DNA of 64,000 nt. It comes from an uncultured virus (IMG/VR IMGVR_UViG_3300028895_001288) (lineage: Duplodnaviria > Heunggongvirae > Uroviricota > Caudoviricetes). Within the stretch, counting starts at the first letter, position 1; every line of letters starts with the position of its first letter. Below, piece after piece: positions 1 through 9,252 of this stretch. The notes beneath the pieces were generated by a model. That model saw nothing but the letters and a program-made list of their open reading frames with translations, made no database searches and was not told where the DNA came from. The DNA lies in the IMG/VR virus record IMGVR_UViG_3300028895_001288. One strand, written 5' to 3'. Made by a program: the position numbers and the translations under genes.

Positions 1-2
1 AG

Positions 3-371
3 AAGCAGGAACTCCAGCAGACCATGCAAATGGGTGCTGCCGGCATGCTGCCGCCAGGTGGCGCGGCCATGCCTCCAGGCGCCGCACCAATGCCAGGGGC
101 GCCGCCTCCGGCCATGGGCGCTCCCGCCGCTCCCGCCGCCGCCGGCCAGCAGGGCGTCTCCATCGACGACCTGTCCATGCAGGCCGAGCAGGAGGCCCAC
201 CGTCTCATCTCCATGCCGTATGAGATGAGGAAGTCCGAGCTGTTGCAGATCAAGCGATCCAACGAGACGCTGCATGCCCTGATCATCTCCAAAATGGACA
301 CACTGAGGAATCAGGCCAAGACGCAGGGGGGTCAAATGTTGCTTCAACAGTCCGCGGGTGCCGCGGCGTGA
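3..371 (+). CDS. C-terminal fragment of a protein truncated by the window edge (Pro/Ala/Met-rich linker plus helical tail); possibly the portal C-terminus
   Basis: Frame is open from base 3 to TGA 369-371. Low-complexity PAM-rich stretch followed by a helical segment. Portal identity is a guess only. Confidence 0.55.
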   Translation, partial: KQELQQTMQMGAAGMLPPGGAAMPPGAAPMPGAPPPAMGAPAAPAAAGQQGVSIDDLSMQAEQEAHRLISMPYEMRKSELLQIKRSNETLHALIISKMDTLRNQAKTQGGQMLLQQSAGAAA

Positions 372-383
372 GGGGAGTTGACA

Positions 384-743
384 ATGGATCAGCAGGTGGA
401 CCTTTCCACGGTGCTTTGGATCATCGGTATCTTCATGACCATCGTCGTGAGCTTGACCGGGGCGGTCTGGGCGCTACTCCTGAAGAATATCGAGCGCGTA
501 CGGAATAATGTGGCCGACGCGTTCAATGGTATCAAGGAGGAGCGCAACCATTGCGACAAGAAGATTGACGAGGTGACCGCGAAGGTGGACGCCGAGCGCA
601 AGGAGCGCACGGACAAGCATGACGCGGCCATGGAGCGCGTTTTCGGAGAGATCGAGAAGACGAAGGACAAGACGGCGGATCTGGAGGTGACAGTGGCGGG
701 GTTCGGTTCCGTTTACGTGACACGAGCGGAACAACAACCATAA
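384..743 (+). CDS. Single-pass membrane protein with C-terminal coiled coil
   Basis: GAGGGGAG RBS; N-terminal hydrophobic helix LWIIGIFMTIVVSLTGAVWALLL, then a heptad-like charged tail. Confidence 0.7.
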   Translation: MDQQVDLSTVLWIIGIFMTIVVSLTGAVWALLLKNIERVRNNVADAFNGIKEERNHCDKKIDEVTAKVDAERKERTDKHDAAMERVFGEIEKTKDKTADLEVTVAGFGSVYVTRAEQQP

Positions 744-754
744 GGAGTGGGACC

Positions 755-1120
755 ATGCGCATACTGGTTGTCGACTCAAACCGGGTGTTCGCGAGGAAGG
801 TGGGCGACTTCCTGGAACAGCACCTGAAGAAGGTCGAGGTCGACTATGCCACAAACGTGCCGATCCTGCGACGCAGGTTGAGGGTCAACGACTACGACTA
901 CATCATCGCCGACATCTTCACGGCTTTCGACGCCAAGGCCATGCAGGAGGTGCTGAGCGACGTTGACACGCCGATGCTGGTGTGGTCGATCCTCAAGTCG
1001 CCGGACCGCATCACGAACGTCTTCAGGGATCAGCTCGCCAAACGCGTGCTGCCGAAGCCCGACGACGACGCGGGCATCGAAGCGGCCGTGACGTCTGTCA
1101 TGCTTCAAACTGTTGAATGA
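755..1120 (+). CDS. Stand-alone CheY-like response-regulator receiver domain
   Basis: MRILVVDSN (beta1 acidic pocket), YDYIIADI (phospho-acceptor Asp), TPMLVWS (beta4 Ser/Thr), LPKP (conserved Lys-Pro); AAGGAG RBS. Confidence 0.75.
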   Translation: MRILVVDSNRVFARKVGDFLEQHLKKVEVDYATNVPILRRRLRVNDYDYIIADIFTAFDAKAMQEVLSDVDTPMLVWSILKSPDRITNVFRDQLAKRVLPKPDDDAGIEAAVTSVMLQTVE

Positions 1121-1731
1121 TGGAAGCGACCTACGACCACAACCTGGCCGTCTTCGGCCGCTGGATCGGATTCTGGCGCGACCGTTGGCACAGCAAGGGC
1201 GAAGCCTACAGCGGCGGCGTCGAGCAGACCCGCACCATCGAAGGCATCATCCGAGGCCTTTTCTCCCCCAAGCACTACTACCCGGACGCCATGGACTTCG
1301 GCGCTGGCCACGGCCGCTTCTGCGAGCTGATGAGCCTGTACTGCGGCCACATCTGGGCGGCGGACATCGTGGACGACATGCTGGACTGCTACGGTTCCAA
1401 GGCGCCCACGGTCACGCCCATGAAGCTGGAGTGGCCGGTCAAGCTGCCCCTGCGGGACGACAAGCTGGACCTGCTGTGGGCCTTCTTCACCTTCCAGCAC
1501 ATCGTCGACCCCACCATCTTCCAGCTCACCACCCAGGAGCTGCGCCGGGTCCTCAAGTCCGGTTCTCGCATCCTGATCATTGACAACGCCGTCGATACGG
1601 CCAATCATGTACGTTCCCGCGGCCCCGAGGCACTGGGGAAAGCACTGGGCATGAAGCCCGGCTTCACGCAAGTGCGCGTGACCATAGGGAATCCGCATGA
1701 CCATTGGCTGATCGACGGGGTCAAGGCTTAA
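1117..1731 (+). CDS. Class I SAM-dependent methyltransferase
   Basis: Motif I DAMDFGAGHGRF, acidic beta2 (AADIV), LDLLW...FQHI, and RRVLKSGSRILI. Confidence 0.85.
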   Translation: MMEATYDHNLAVFGRWIGFWRDRWHSKGEAYSGGVEQTRTIEGIIRGLFSPKHYYPDAMDFGAGHGRFCELMSLYCGHIWAADIVDDMLDCYGSKAPTVTPMKLEWPVKLPLRDDKLDLLWAFFTFQHIVDPTIFQLTTQELRRVLKSGSRILIIDNAVDTANHVRSRGPEALGKALGMKPGFTQVRVTIGNPHDHWLIDGVKA

Positions 1732-3248
1732 TGCCCAAGGAAGACTTCGCCCCAGGACTACCCGACCCCTCCCGCTTCGGTGAGATACACAAGCTCATCA
1801 CGGGGAAGGAGCTCCCCTTTGTCATACAGCGGCACCTGGCAGAGCGAGCCGGCCCACACTACGACGTCCGATTCGGTACACGTCCAGACGCCCAGGCTCC
1901 GCTGGTCTCGTTCGCCACGAAGAAGGACTGGCCGGGGCCCGGCGGCAAGACGATGCTCTTCCAGCAGCCGCTCCACAGCGGACAGTACGCCGACTTCGAG
2001 GGCGAGATCACGCACGGCTACGGCAAGGGCACGGTCAAGACCCATGAGAAGGGGAAGCTGATCGTCACTCAGGCTGACAAGGACAAGATCAAGTTCGTCC
2101 TGGCCCACAAGAAGTTCCCCGAGACCTACACCCTGATCCGCAAGAGCGGTCCTCCCAGGCCCAAGACCGAGCGCCAGCGTGCCACGCAGGGCGGCTCGTG
2201 GCTGTTGATCAACACCACGCCCATGGACGCCGCGAAGATGCTGGGCGGCGAGCCTGAAGCTGTCGGCCTCAACAAGATGCGTTACACAAAGATCCCGTCC
2301 GAGCAGGTGGACAAGGTCTTCAGCAAGGACTACCTGGTGCAGGAGAAGGTTGACGGGGCCAGCGCTTTATATCACCTGCTGGCCGACCGGATCGAGGTGT
2401 TGTCCTACCGCACGGCCCAGGACGACCGCCCCATCATCCACACCTACAGGACCATGGGGCCGGGCGGCGAGAAGGCCGGGGTCAAACTCCCCAAGCGCCT
2501 GATCGGGACCATCCTCCGCGGCGAGATCTACGGCGAGCGGGAGGGCCAGGCCATACCGCCGCAGGAGCTGGGCGGCATCCTCAACGCTTCGACCGTGCGG
2601 TCCCTGGAGAAGCAACGCGAGCAGAAGGTCAGGATGAAGCACATGCTGTTCGACGTGGTCCGGTTGGGCAAGGACTACGTGCCGCCCGTCTCCGTGGGCG
2701 CCGAGGACCGCATGCGGATGCTCAGCGACGTGTCCAAGTACCTGCCACCGTCTTTCAGCATGCCGGAGACGGCCACCGACCCTGCTGCACAGCGTGACTT
2801 ATACAAACGTATTACGGGCGGCGAGCACCCGCGCACGCGTGAGGGGATCATCGCCTGGCCCAAGGAGCCCGGGAAGAAGCCGATCAAGGTCAAGGCCACC
2901 CCAGAGGCCGACGTGTGGGTGCAGAAGGTCTTCCCCGGAGAGAAGAGATTGAAGGGTGTCGGAGCCGGTGGTTTCGAGTATAGTCTGTCACCGGAAGGCC
3001 CCGTAACGGGCCGTGTCGGTACAGGGTTTACAGAAGCCACGCGCAAGGAGATGCTGGAAGATCCAGAGGGGTGGAAGGGCCGCCTGGCCCGCATTCGCTC
3101 CCAGGGCCGCTTCCCAAGCGGCGCACACCGTGCCCCGGCTTTCATTTCGCTGCACGAGGACTATCCTTTGCGCAAGGCGTCCTCGGCGGACCTGGACGCG
3201 ATACAGGAACTTCTGGACGCCGCGACACGCGCTTTCATGACGAGGTAG
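1731..3248 (+). CDS. LigD-type 3'-phosphoesterase domain fused to an ATP-dependent DNA ligase
   Basis: N-terminal FVIQRH...HYDVRF...DFEGEI..GYGKGTV (PE domain). Ligase motifs QEKVDG (KxDG), RGEIY, LFDVV, EGII, KVK and OB-fold GRVGTGF. ATG overlaps the upstream TAA. Confidence 0.85.
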   Translation: MPKEDFAPGLPDPSRFGEIHKLITGKELPFVIQRHLAERAGPHYDVRFGTRPDAQAPLVSFATKKDWPGPGGKTMLFQQPLHSGQYADFEGEITHGYGKGTVKTHEKGKLIVTQADKDKIKFVLAHKKFPETYTLIRKSGPPRPKTERQRATQGGSWLLINTTPMDAAKMLGGEPEAVGLNKMRYTKIPSEQVDKVFSKDYLVQEKVDGASALYHLLADRIEVLSYRTAQDDRPIIHTYRTMGPGGEKAGVKLPKRLIGTILRGEIYGEREGQAIPPQELGGILNASTVRSLEKQREQKVRMKHMLFDVVRLGKDYVPPVSVGAEDRMRMLSDVSKYLPPSFSMPETATDPAAQRDLYKRITGGEHPRTREGIIAWPKEPGKKPIKVKATPEADVWVQKVFPGEKRLKGVGAGGFEYSLSPEGPVTGRVGTGFTEATRKEMLEDPEGWKGRLARIRSQGRFPSGAHRAPAFISLHEDYPLRKASSADLDAIQELLDAATRAFMTR

Positions 3249-3252
3249 AGCC

Positions 3253-3966
3253 ATGGCCGAAGCAGATCGCGTACGCACCCTGGTCAAGAACCTGACCGAC
3301 CGCCGGCGGGTCAGCTGGATGCCGCCCAACGGCCGCGAGATGGGCGACCAGGAGCAGGTCAGTGTGGACGGCGTGCTCGAGAACATCGTCGTGATGGGCA
3401 TGGACGCTGCGGTCTTCGACCAGTACGTCTACGACCTGGCCAACGACCGTGTCGAGATCACCAAGCTGGGCTACGCAGGCGGCGGCGAGGAGGAGACCGA
3501 GTCCTTCACCACGGTGGTGGGCGACGGCTCCGAGACGGTCTTCGACATCGACGCGGGCTTCAACACGGCCAACGCCAGGGTCTTCGTTTACGACACCATC
3601 AGCGGCTCCCAGATCACGGCCTACCAGTTCCAGCTGCAGACGCCCACGACCACCAGCGTGCGGCTGACCTTCAACCCCGCGCCGGCCGCGGGGCAGATCC
3701 GGGTCTTCATCTTCAGCCCGAGCACGGCGGAGGGCGAGACCTACGATTCCGGCGACATCGGCAACGGCGCCGACACTGAATTCGTGCTCGATTTGGGCTT
3801 CCCGGCGGCCCTGGCGGACATCTACGTTTTCGATGCGCTTGGCGGAGGACCGATCTTCGGATACTCCTTGCAGCGCGCCACGCCCACCCTGAACAGCATC
3901 ACGGTGGGGTTTTCCCCTGCTCCGGCTTCGGGGCAGATTCGGCTGTTCGCGTTTGAGCGGTCTTGA
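3253..3966 (+). CDS. Putative virion/fibre-associated protein with two ~75-aa beta-rich repeats
   Basis: Two copies of G(D/N)GxxTxFxxxxGF...TPTxxSVxxxFxPAPAxGQIR. Confidence 0.65.
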   Translation: MAEADRVRTLVKNLTDRRRVSWMPPNGREMGDQEQVSVDGVLENIVVMGMDAAVFDQYVYDLANDRVEITKLGYAGGGEEETESFTTVVGDGSETVFDIDAGFNTANARVFVYDTISGSQITAYQFQLQTPTTTSVRLTFNPAPAAGQIRVFIFSPSTAEGETYDSGDIGNGADTEFVLDLGFPAALADIYVFDALGGGPIFGYSLQRATPTLNSITVGFSPAPASGQIRLFAFERS

Positions 3967-3991
3967 CCGTAAAGATGCGGGCGCCTATCAT
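3963..3991 (+). promoter_or_regulatory. sigma70-like promoter
   Basis: TTGACC-17 bp-TATCAT just upstream of the gene at 4015. Confidence 0.45.
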
Positions 3992-4014
3992 GAGGCCGGT
4001 ACGGAGAAGGGCCC

Positions 4015-4266
4015 ATGGCAAAATCTCAAGGTACGTTTGGGAACGGCGCCGACACGCAATTCGACGTCAACGCGGGCTTCAGCACCGCCGTCGTTTGCGT
4101 GCGGCTCTTCGACCTTAACCGGGACGGACTTGAGATCCCGGCTTTCCAGCTGCAAAAGCAGACGCCCACGGCCAACAGTGTAAGGTTCATCTTGACCCCG
4201 GCACCGGCGTCAAACTCGATCCAGTACGTGATTACGGACGGTACGGAACCGCCAGATCCGGCGTGA
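4015..4266 (+). CDS. Single-module paralog of the repeat in 3253..3966
   Basis: GNGADTQFDVNAGF...QTPTANSVRFILTPAPASNSIQ; GGAG RBS. Confidence 0.7.
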   Translation: MAKSQGTFGNGADTQFDVNAGFSTAVVCVRLFDLNRDGLEIPAFQLQKQTPTANSVRFILTPAPASNSIQYVITDGTEPPDPA

Positions 4267-4277
4267 GGAGGTAGGTG

Positions 4278-5207
4278 ATGGCTGACACTCCGATGTTCAA
4301 CCCGATTGACATGCAAAACAATCGGATCAAGAACCTGCCCGCTCCCGTCGACGATGACGATCCGTTGCGCAAGGTCGACCAGTCTTCCGGCCCAACCGGG
4401 GTTACGGGGGCCACCGGCGCCTCGGGCGCGGCCGGTACGGACGGCGTGACAGGCGTGACGGGTGCCACCGGCGCGGCCGGTGTTACGGGCGTGACCGGGG
4501 TCTCGGGCGCGGCCGGTACGGACGGTGTCACGGGTGTGACCGGAGCCACAGGCTCCGCAGGGGCTCAGGGTGTGACCGGCGTGACTGGTGCTACAGGTTC
4601 CGCCGGGTCAGCGGGAGCGCAAGGCGTGACCGGCGTGACCGGTGCCACGGGCTCGGCGGGTGCTGCCGGCGCCACGGGTGTGACCGGTGCGCAAGGCGTG
4701 ACCGGCGTGACCGGTGCGACCGGTCTTGGCGTGACCGGCGTGACCGGGGCCACGGGCTCAGCGGGTTCCGTTGGCGCGACAGGCGCCACCGGGGCCACCG
4801 GTGCCACAGGACCGGCCATCAACGCCACGGAGTCCGCAATCGGTTCGGTTGAGCTGGCTACTGAGGCCGAAGCTAAGGCTGGTGCTACAGGCGCTGGTAG
4901 TGTGGGTCCGCTGGCCGTACGCCCCATTCATCTGATGGTATACCGCGACCCGAACTATGGTACGCTTATCGCCCGCGCAAACCTGACACCGCCGGCCTCA
5001 ACTCCGTATGCCCGAGGCTCCTACGCTGTCGAACTTCAGTCTGAGATCAACGCCGACGATCAGGTGGCCTATGGGGCCTATGATGTAGTGGTTGGCAGTC
5101 GGAATAAGAGTACCCTCGGCAGTTACGCCAACGTCGTTCATGGGCGAGCCAATTCCTGCGAGGGCGGTGACAACTTCGTTTTCGGCACGTCAAACAGCAT
5201 CGGCTAG
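4278..5207 (+). CDS. Collagen-like tail/head fibre protein
   Basis: GAGGAGG RBS; N-terminal [14 protein letters not shown] (adhesin stalk-like); long Gly-X-Y run; C-terminal beta-helix-like repeats. Confidence 0.8.
   Translation: MADTPMFNPIDMQNNRIKNLPAPVDDDDPLRKVDQSSGPTGVTGATGASGAAGTDGVTGVTGATGAAGVTGVTGVSGAAGTDGVTGVTGATGSAGAQGVTGVTGATGSAGSAGAQGVTGVTGATGSAGAAGATGVTGAQGVTGVTGATGLGVTGVTGATGSAGSVGATGATGATGATGPAINATESAIGSVELATEAEAKAGATGAGSVGPLAVRPIHLMVYRDPNYGTLIARANLTPPASTPYARGSYAVELQSEINADDQVAYGAYDVVVGSRNKSTLGSYANVVHGRANSCEGGDNFVFGTSNSIG
4389..4817 (+). repeat. Coding Gly-X-Y (largely GVT/GAT) collagen repeat, about 47 triplets
   Basis: [24 protein letters not shown]... with one interruption (GLGVT). 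Confidence 0.9.
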
Positions 5208-5232
5208 GTCGGGGTTCACTAGGAGATAGATC

Positions 5233-6384
5233 ATGGTCATCATTTTCGGTTCCGACATGAACACGATTACGGGACGGTCCAACCAAATCCCGGCGGCCGT
5301 GAATCGAAACGCAATCTTGAGCTGTTACAACGTGTACGCAGCCGGCTCGTACAACTTTCTGGCCAACGTATACGGCTATGTCAAGGTCTCCGGGTCCAAC
5401 AACGTCATTGCCGCGAGCTACACGTCGAACTCGCTCTACGGCAACGGCAACGTGATCCTGGGCGGACAGCAGTGCTATCAGAGCACGGGCACCTACAGCC
5501 AGTACGGCTGCGTGCTGATTGGGGGATACCAAAACCGGCTCTATGGCGCGGCAACCGGGCGCGGCTGCGTGGTCTTGGGCGGGTACAACAACAAGGTCCG
5601 CAATTACGACAACGCGATCGTCGGCGGCACCAACGGCCTCATCAACGAGTCCGGCGCGACGGCCAACGCCGTGCTGGGCGGCGACTATGGCGAGATCAAG
5701 CAGGACGCTACGAACAGCGTGGTGCTGGGCGGCTACAAGAACAAGATCAACGCCTCCGGCGACAACAACGGCATCCTGGCCGGCTACCAGAACCAGACCT
5801 ATTCCAGTGCGACGCAGTGCGCGGTGGTCGGGGGCAGCTACAACGTCGCACGCGGTGACGGCTCCGTGGTCCTGGGCGGACAGCAGAACACCGTCGGCGC
5901 ATCCGGCGACCACTCGGCGATCATGGGTCAGTACACGCACACCACGCGTACCGGCGAGGTTGCGCACAACAGTGTCGCCTTCAACGACGCTACCGGTGCC
6001 ACGGTCTCCGACGACCGCGGCTACCACCGCATAACCGGCAACCTGAAGACGGCGGACGCTACCGTAACATCGATCATCGACTTGACCCTGTCGGAGGCTA
6101 CGGCTTACGCCTTCATGATCACGATCGTGGGCGTGGAGGACGGGGGCGGCAACCGGGCTTCCTACGTGCGACGTGCCACGGCCTACCGAGACGGCAGTGG
6201 TTCAGCCGCTTTGCAAGGCTCCGTTGAGACCATCGGCACCGACGTGGAGTCCGACGCGGCCTGGGACGTGACCGTGGACGTGAATTCCAACGACCTCAGG
6301 ATTCGTGCAACAGGCAAGGCGGCCACCGACATTAACTGGGTGGCGGTCGTGGAGTGGGCGGCGATTGGCGAGGTGGTCAACTAA
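5233..6384 (+). CDS. Beta-helix (YadA-head-like) fibre / receptor-binding protein
   Basis: AGGAG RBS; repeated (V/I)(L/V)GGxxN units, then a beta-sandwich-like C-terminal domain. Confidence 0.7.
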   Translation: MVIIFGSDMNTITGRSNQIPAAVNRNAILSCYNVYAAGSYNFLANVYGYVKVSGSNNVIAASYTSNSLYGNGNVILGGQQCYQSTGTYSQYGCVLIGGYQNRLYGAATGRGCVVLGGYNNKVRNYDNAIVGGTNGLINESGATANAVLGGDYGEIKQDATNSVVLGGYKNKINASGDNNGILAGYQNQTYSSATQCAVVGGSYNVARGDGSVVLGGQQNTVGASGDHSAIMGQYTHTTRTGEVAHNSVAFNDATGATVSDDRGYHRITGNLKTADATVTSIIDLTLSEATAYAFMITIVGVEDGGGNRASYVRRATAYRDGSGSAALQGSVETIGTDVESDAAWDVTVDVNSNDLRIRATGKAATDINWVAVVEWAAIGEVVN

Positions 6385-6403
6385 GTCGAAAGCGAGGATT
6401 CAA

Positions 6404-6919
6404 ATGCCTATCAGCAAGGAAGAGCGGCTGGCCAAGCGCAAAGCCAAGCGCGAGTCCCGGAAGAAGGACCGAGAGGCCAAACGCAAGGCACGCCTTGCCG
6501 CCAAGGGAGTGGCTGACACCAAGGACGACAGCCTGTGCACGCAGTGCGGCATCTGCTGCTACCTGTACCTGCCGGGTGAGAACGGGAGGCTTTTCTACAC
6601 GCCTTTCCTGTGCGGCAATCTCAACCAGGTTACGAAGCTCTGCGCCGTGTTCGATCAGCGCCTGAAGGTGTTCAAACCGTGCAACACCGCGGAGAGGGGT
6701 GTACGGCGCAAGGTCATGCCCGTTGGCTGCCCGTACACCGCCGGTGTCAAGGACTACGTCGGTCCCGCCCCGGACTACAACGCTTCACCCGCGGTGAAGG
6801 CGCGGGTGGACAAGATCCTGGCTGACGGCCCCAACGAGCACGGCCAGTACGTCATCAACGGCGACGCGTACGTGTTGGACACGAACTGGACGCCGACAAC
6901 CTGCGTTTATCCCACTTGA
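6404..6919 (+). CDS. CxxCxxCC cysteine-cluster protein (YkgJ/YcgN-like) with a basic N-terminus
   Basis: CTQCGICC, CGNL...LCAVFDQR...PC, MPVGCPY; GAGGA RBS. Confidence 0.7.
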   Translation: MPISKEERLAKRKAKRESRKKDREAKRKARLAAKGVADTKDDSLCTQCGICCYLYLPGENGRLFYTPFLCGNLNQVTKLCAVFDQRLKVFKPCNTAERGVRRKVMPVGCPYTAGVKDYVGPAPDYNASPAVKARVDKILADGPNEHGQYVINGDAYVLDTNWTPTTCVYPT

Positions 6920-6943
6920 GCTGTGACCAGGTCATGGTATAGT
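6916..6943 (+). promoter_or_regulatory. sigma70-like extended -10 promoter
   Basis: TTGAGC-16 bp-TATAGT with TG at the extended -10 position, ahead of the sulfotransferase. Confidence 0.35.
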
Positions 6944-6984
6944 TCTTCGCCATAATCGAAAACTTCGATGGCGGAGAACAACCC

Positions 6985-7797
6985 ATGCCCACAATCCATT
7001 TTCTTGCCGGGCTGCCCCGCAGCGGCTCCACGCTGCTGATGAACATCCTGGCCCAGAACCCGGACATCCATCCCACGACCACGTCCCCGCTTCCCGAGGC
7101 GCTGGTGCGCGCCCGGAACAGCTGGCAGGATATCGGGGCGTACAGTGCCAACCCGGACCACCGGGCACGGGACGGAGCGCTCAAGGGGTTGCTGCAGGGG
7201 TATTACGCCCACGTCGAGGAACCCGTGGTGATCGACAAGCACCGCGGGTGGCCGTCCCACATCGAACTGCTCGAACACCTGACGCAGTGCGACGTCAAGA
7301 TCATTTGCACGGTGCGCTGCATCGTGGACATCCTTTCGTCGATGGAGAAGCTGTACCGCGCCAACAAGGCGGTGCGACGCCCCGAGGGTGAGGGCCAGGC
7401 AGCCGGGCAGTACCTGTCGGTGAAGGGGCGCGCCAACGTGTGGATGGGCGAAGTCGGGGTGATCGGCTCGGCTTACCTGAACATGCAGGACGCCTGTGCG
7501 CGCGGGTACCGGGACCGCCTCCACTTCGTGGAATACGGCAACCTGACGAAGTTCCCCGACAAAACCCTCAAGAAGGTCTACAAGTTTCTGGGGATGGAAC
7601 CCTACGACAGCCATGACTTCGTGAACGTGGAGCAGACCACGCAGGAGAACGACTACTTCCACGGTTTCGAGGACCTGCACACGATCCGACCCACCGTGGC
7701 CCACCAGCACAGCGACGCGACGGAGGTGCTGGGAGAGGAACTTGTGGCCCTGTACAGCAAGCCCGGCGCCCAGTTCTGGCGTGCTCCGGGCTTCTAA
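6985..7797 (+). CDS. PAPS-dependent sulfotransferase
   Basis: 5'-PSB loop GLPRSGSTLL, IDKHR, 3'-PB-like VRCIVDILSS, VEYGNL...P...LKKVYKFLG. Confidence 0.85.
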   Translation: MPTIHFLAGLPRSGSTLLMNILAQNPDIHPTTTSPLPEALVRARNSWQDIGAYSANPDHRARDGALKGLLQGYYAHVEEPVVIDKHRGWPSHIELLEHLTQCDVKIICTVRCIVDILSSMEKLYRANKAVRRPEGEGQAAGQYLSVKGRANVWMGEVGVIGSAYLNMQDACARGYRDRLHFVEYGNLTKFPDKTLKKVYKFLGMEPYDSHDFVNVEQTTQENDYFHGFEDLHTIRPTVAHQHSDATEVLGEELVALYSKPGAQFWRAPGF

Positions 7798-7811
7798 CTC
7801 CAGGGACGATG

Positions 7812-7840
7812 TTTACATGTACCGGCAGTCTCGGTAGTAT
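7812..7840 (+). promoter_or_regulatory. sigma70-like promoter
   Basis: TTTACA-17 bp-TAGTAT in the intergenic gap before 7871. Confidence 0.45.
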
Positions 7841-7870
7841 ACGATTCGGATTCCGTGCCGAGGAACTGCC

Positions 7871-8632
7871 GTGGACGCGTTTGACGCCCGCATAAGACAA
7901 CGTGCCCTTGAGAAGCGCGCAGCCATTCCCTCCAGACTGTATGAGATGGCCTCGTCCGGCGATCTGCCGAAGTCGCGTGTCGGTCTGGCGCTCGAAGAGG
8001 TGGCGTTGGATCGTACGCAAAAGGCCGTCGACGAGGGCGTCATCTCGCCCAACCAGGCACGTTCCTTTTACCGGATGCAAATGCTTTCGCTGGGGCGCCA
8101 TCAGCCCGAACTTGAACAGGCCACCGAGGTACCCACCATGCGCCTGGGTGAGCAGGCCCCGGTGACGCCCGGTGAATTGGCATGGGCCGGCGGCATGTCC
8201 GTGGGTGTTCCCTGGCTGGGGTCTCGAATGCCCGGCGTGAGCAGCCTGTTCGGCGGCCCCATTAGCACAGGCGAAGCGGCGAAGTGGACAGTTTCTCCAA
8301 AGTTCATCGGTTTCTCGGTGCTGGGAGATGTACTAGGTTCCGGTCTGGGAGCCTTCTCACAGCCCGGTTACCAGAAAGGCGAACAGGGATACATGTCGGC
8401 GGTGGGTTCGGCATTCAAGGAGCATATGCGCGGTGTCGGCCAGGCCAGTCGCGAGGCTCGTGATCGGTACGGCTTGTTCGGTGTGCCGCTCCAGGCGCTG
8501 CACGGTATCTGGAATCCGCTCGCCAGTACGGGCTACATGCTGAAGAACGTCAAGGACACCGTCTTCGACAAGGCGGGCAGCGCGGCGCTGCGCGCGCAGC
8601 ACGCCGTGGAGAAAGCACTCAAGGAGGCCTAG
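7871..8632 (+). CDS. Hypothetical protein with K-x-A site and Gly-rich hydrophobic segments
   Basis: GAGGA RBS with GTG start; LEKRAA near the N-terminus. Confidence 0.65.
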   Translation: MDAFDARIRQRALEKRAAIPSRLYEMASSGDLPKSRVGLALEEVALDRTQKAVDEGVISPNQARSFYRMQMLSLGRHQPELEQATEVPTMRLGEQAPVTPGELAWAGGMSVGVPWLGSRMPGVSSLFGGPISTGEAAKWTVSPKFIGFSVLGDVLGSGLGAFSQPGYQKGEQGYMSAVGSAFKEHMRGVGQASREARDRYGLFGVPLQALHGIWNPLASTGYMLKNVKDTVFDKAGSAALRAQHAVEKALKEA

Positions 8633-8633
8633 G

Positions 8634-9245
8634 ATGCCGTTCAAAAGCGAGGCACAACGACGCAAGTTCTACGCCATGGCCGACCGGGGTGAGATCTCCG
8701 ACGAGACCGTGGACGAATGGGAGTCGAAAACGAAGGACAAGGACCTTCCCGAACGGGTTGAAAAGAAGGACGAGAAGAAAGAGAAGAAGGCGGCCCTGGC
8801 CCGTATACTGAAGGTGGCCAACGTCATGCTCGACACCCGGCACCAGGCGCGTAAGGAGCGCCTGCTGCCCGTCCTCATGCAGAAGACGGCCATCATGCGC
8901 ACCGCGCTGAAAGCAGTCGGCCGGGCGGCGGCGAAGAAGAAGCCGATGGCGTTCGGGGAGAGTGCGGAGCAGTTGGGCCTGTCCGTTGGCGACATCCTGG
9001 GTATGCGCGGCAAGGGCGGCTACCTGACGCGCCGCGGAGCCAAGGCCGGTTTGCGTGAAGCCGGCGAGAAGGCCAAGGGCAAGAAACTGAAGAAGCTGTT
9101 GATGGAGGAACTGGCGCGACGCCGGCGCATGGTCGGCTACGGCGCGCTGGGCACCGGCGGCACGGGCGTCGGCTTGCTGGGCTACATGCTGGGCAGTTCC
9201 GGCGCGCCCTCGCAGCCTTACCCCGATTACTATCCATCTATGTGA
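8634..9245 (+). CDS. Hypothetical protein: MPFKSEAQRR module, K-x-A cluster, basic/Gly-rich tail
   Basis: AAGGAGG RBS; KKAA, KVA and KTA sites; C-terminal GxxxG hydrophobic helix. Confidence 0.7.
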   Translation: MPFKSEAQRRKFYAMADRGEISDETVDEWESKTKDKDLPERVEKKDEKKEKKAALARILKVANVMLDTRHQARKERLLPVLMQKTAIMRTALKAVGRAAAKKKPMAFGESAEQLGLSVGDILGMRGKGGYLTRRGAKAGLREAGEKAKGKKLKKLLMEELARRRRMVGYGALGTGGTGVGLLGYMLGSSGAPSQPYPDYYPSM

Positions 9246-9252
9246 GGTAATC

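Noticed and set aside
4389..4817. Tandem DNA repeats that might suggest a CRISPR array or VNTR
   Set aside because: 9-nt periodicity is explained by collagen Gly-X-Y coding; there are no spacers and no cas genes
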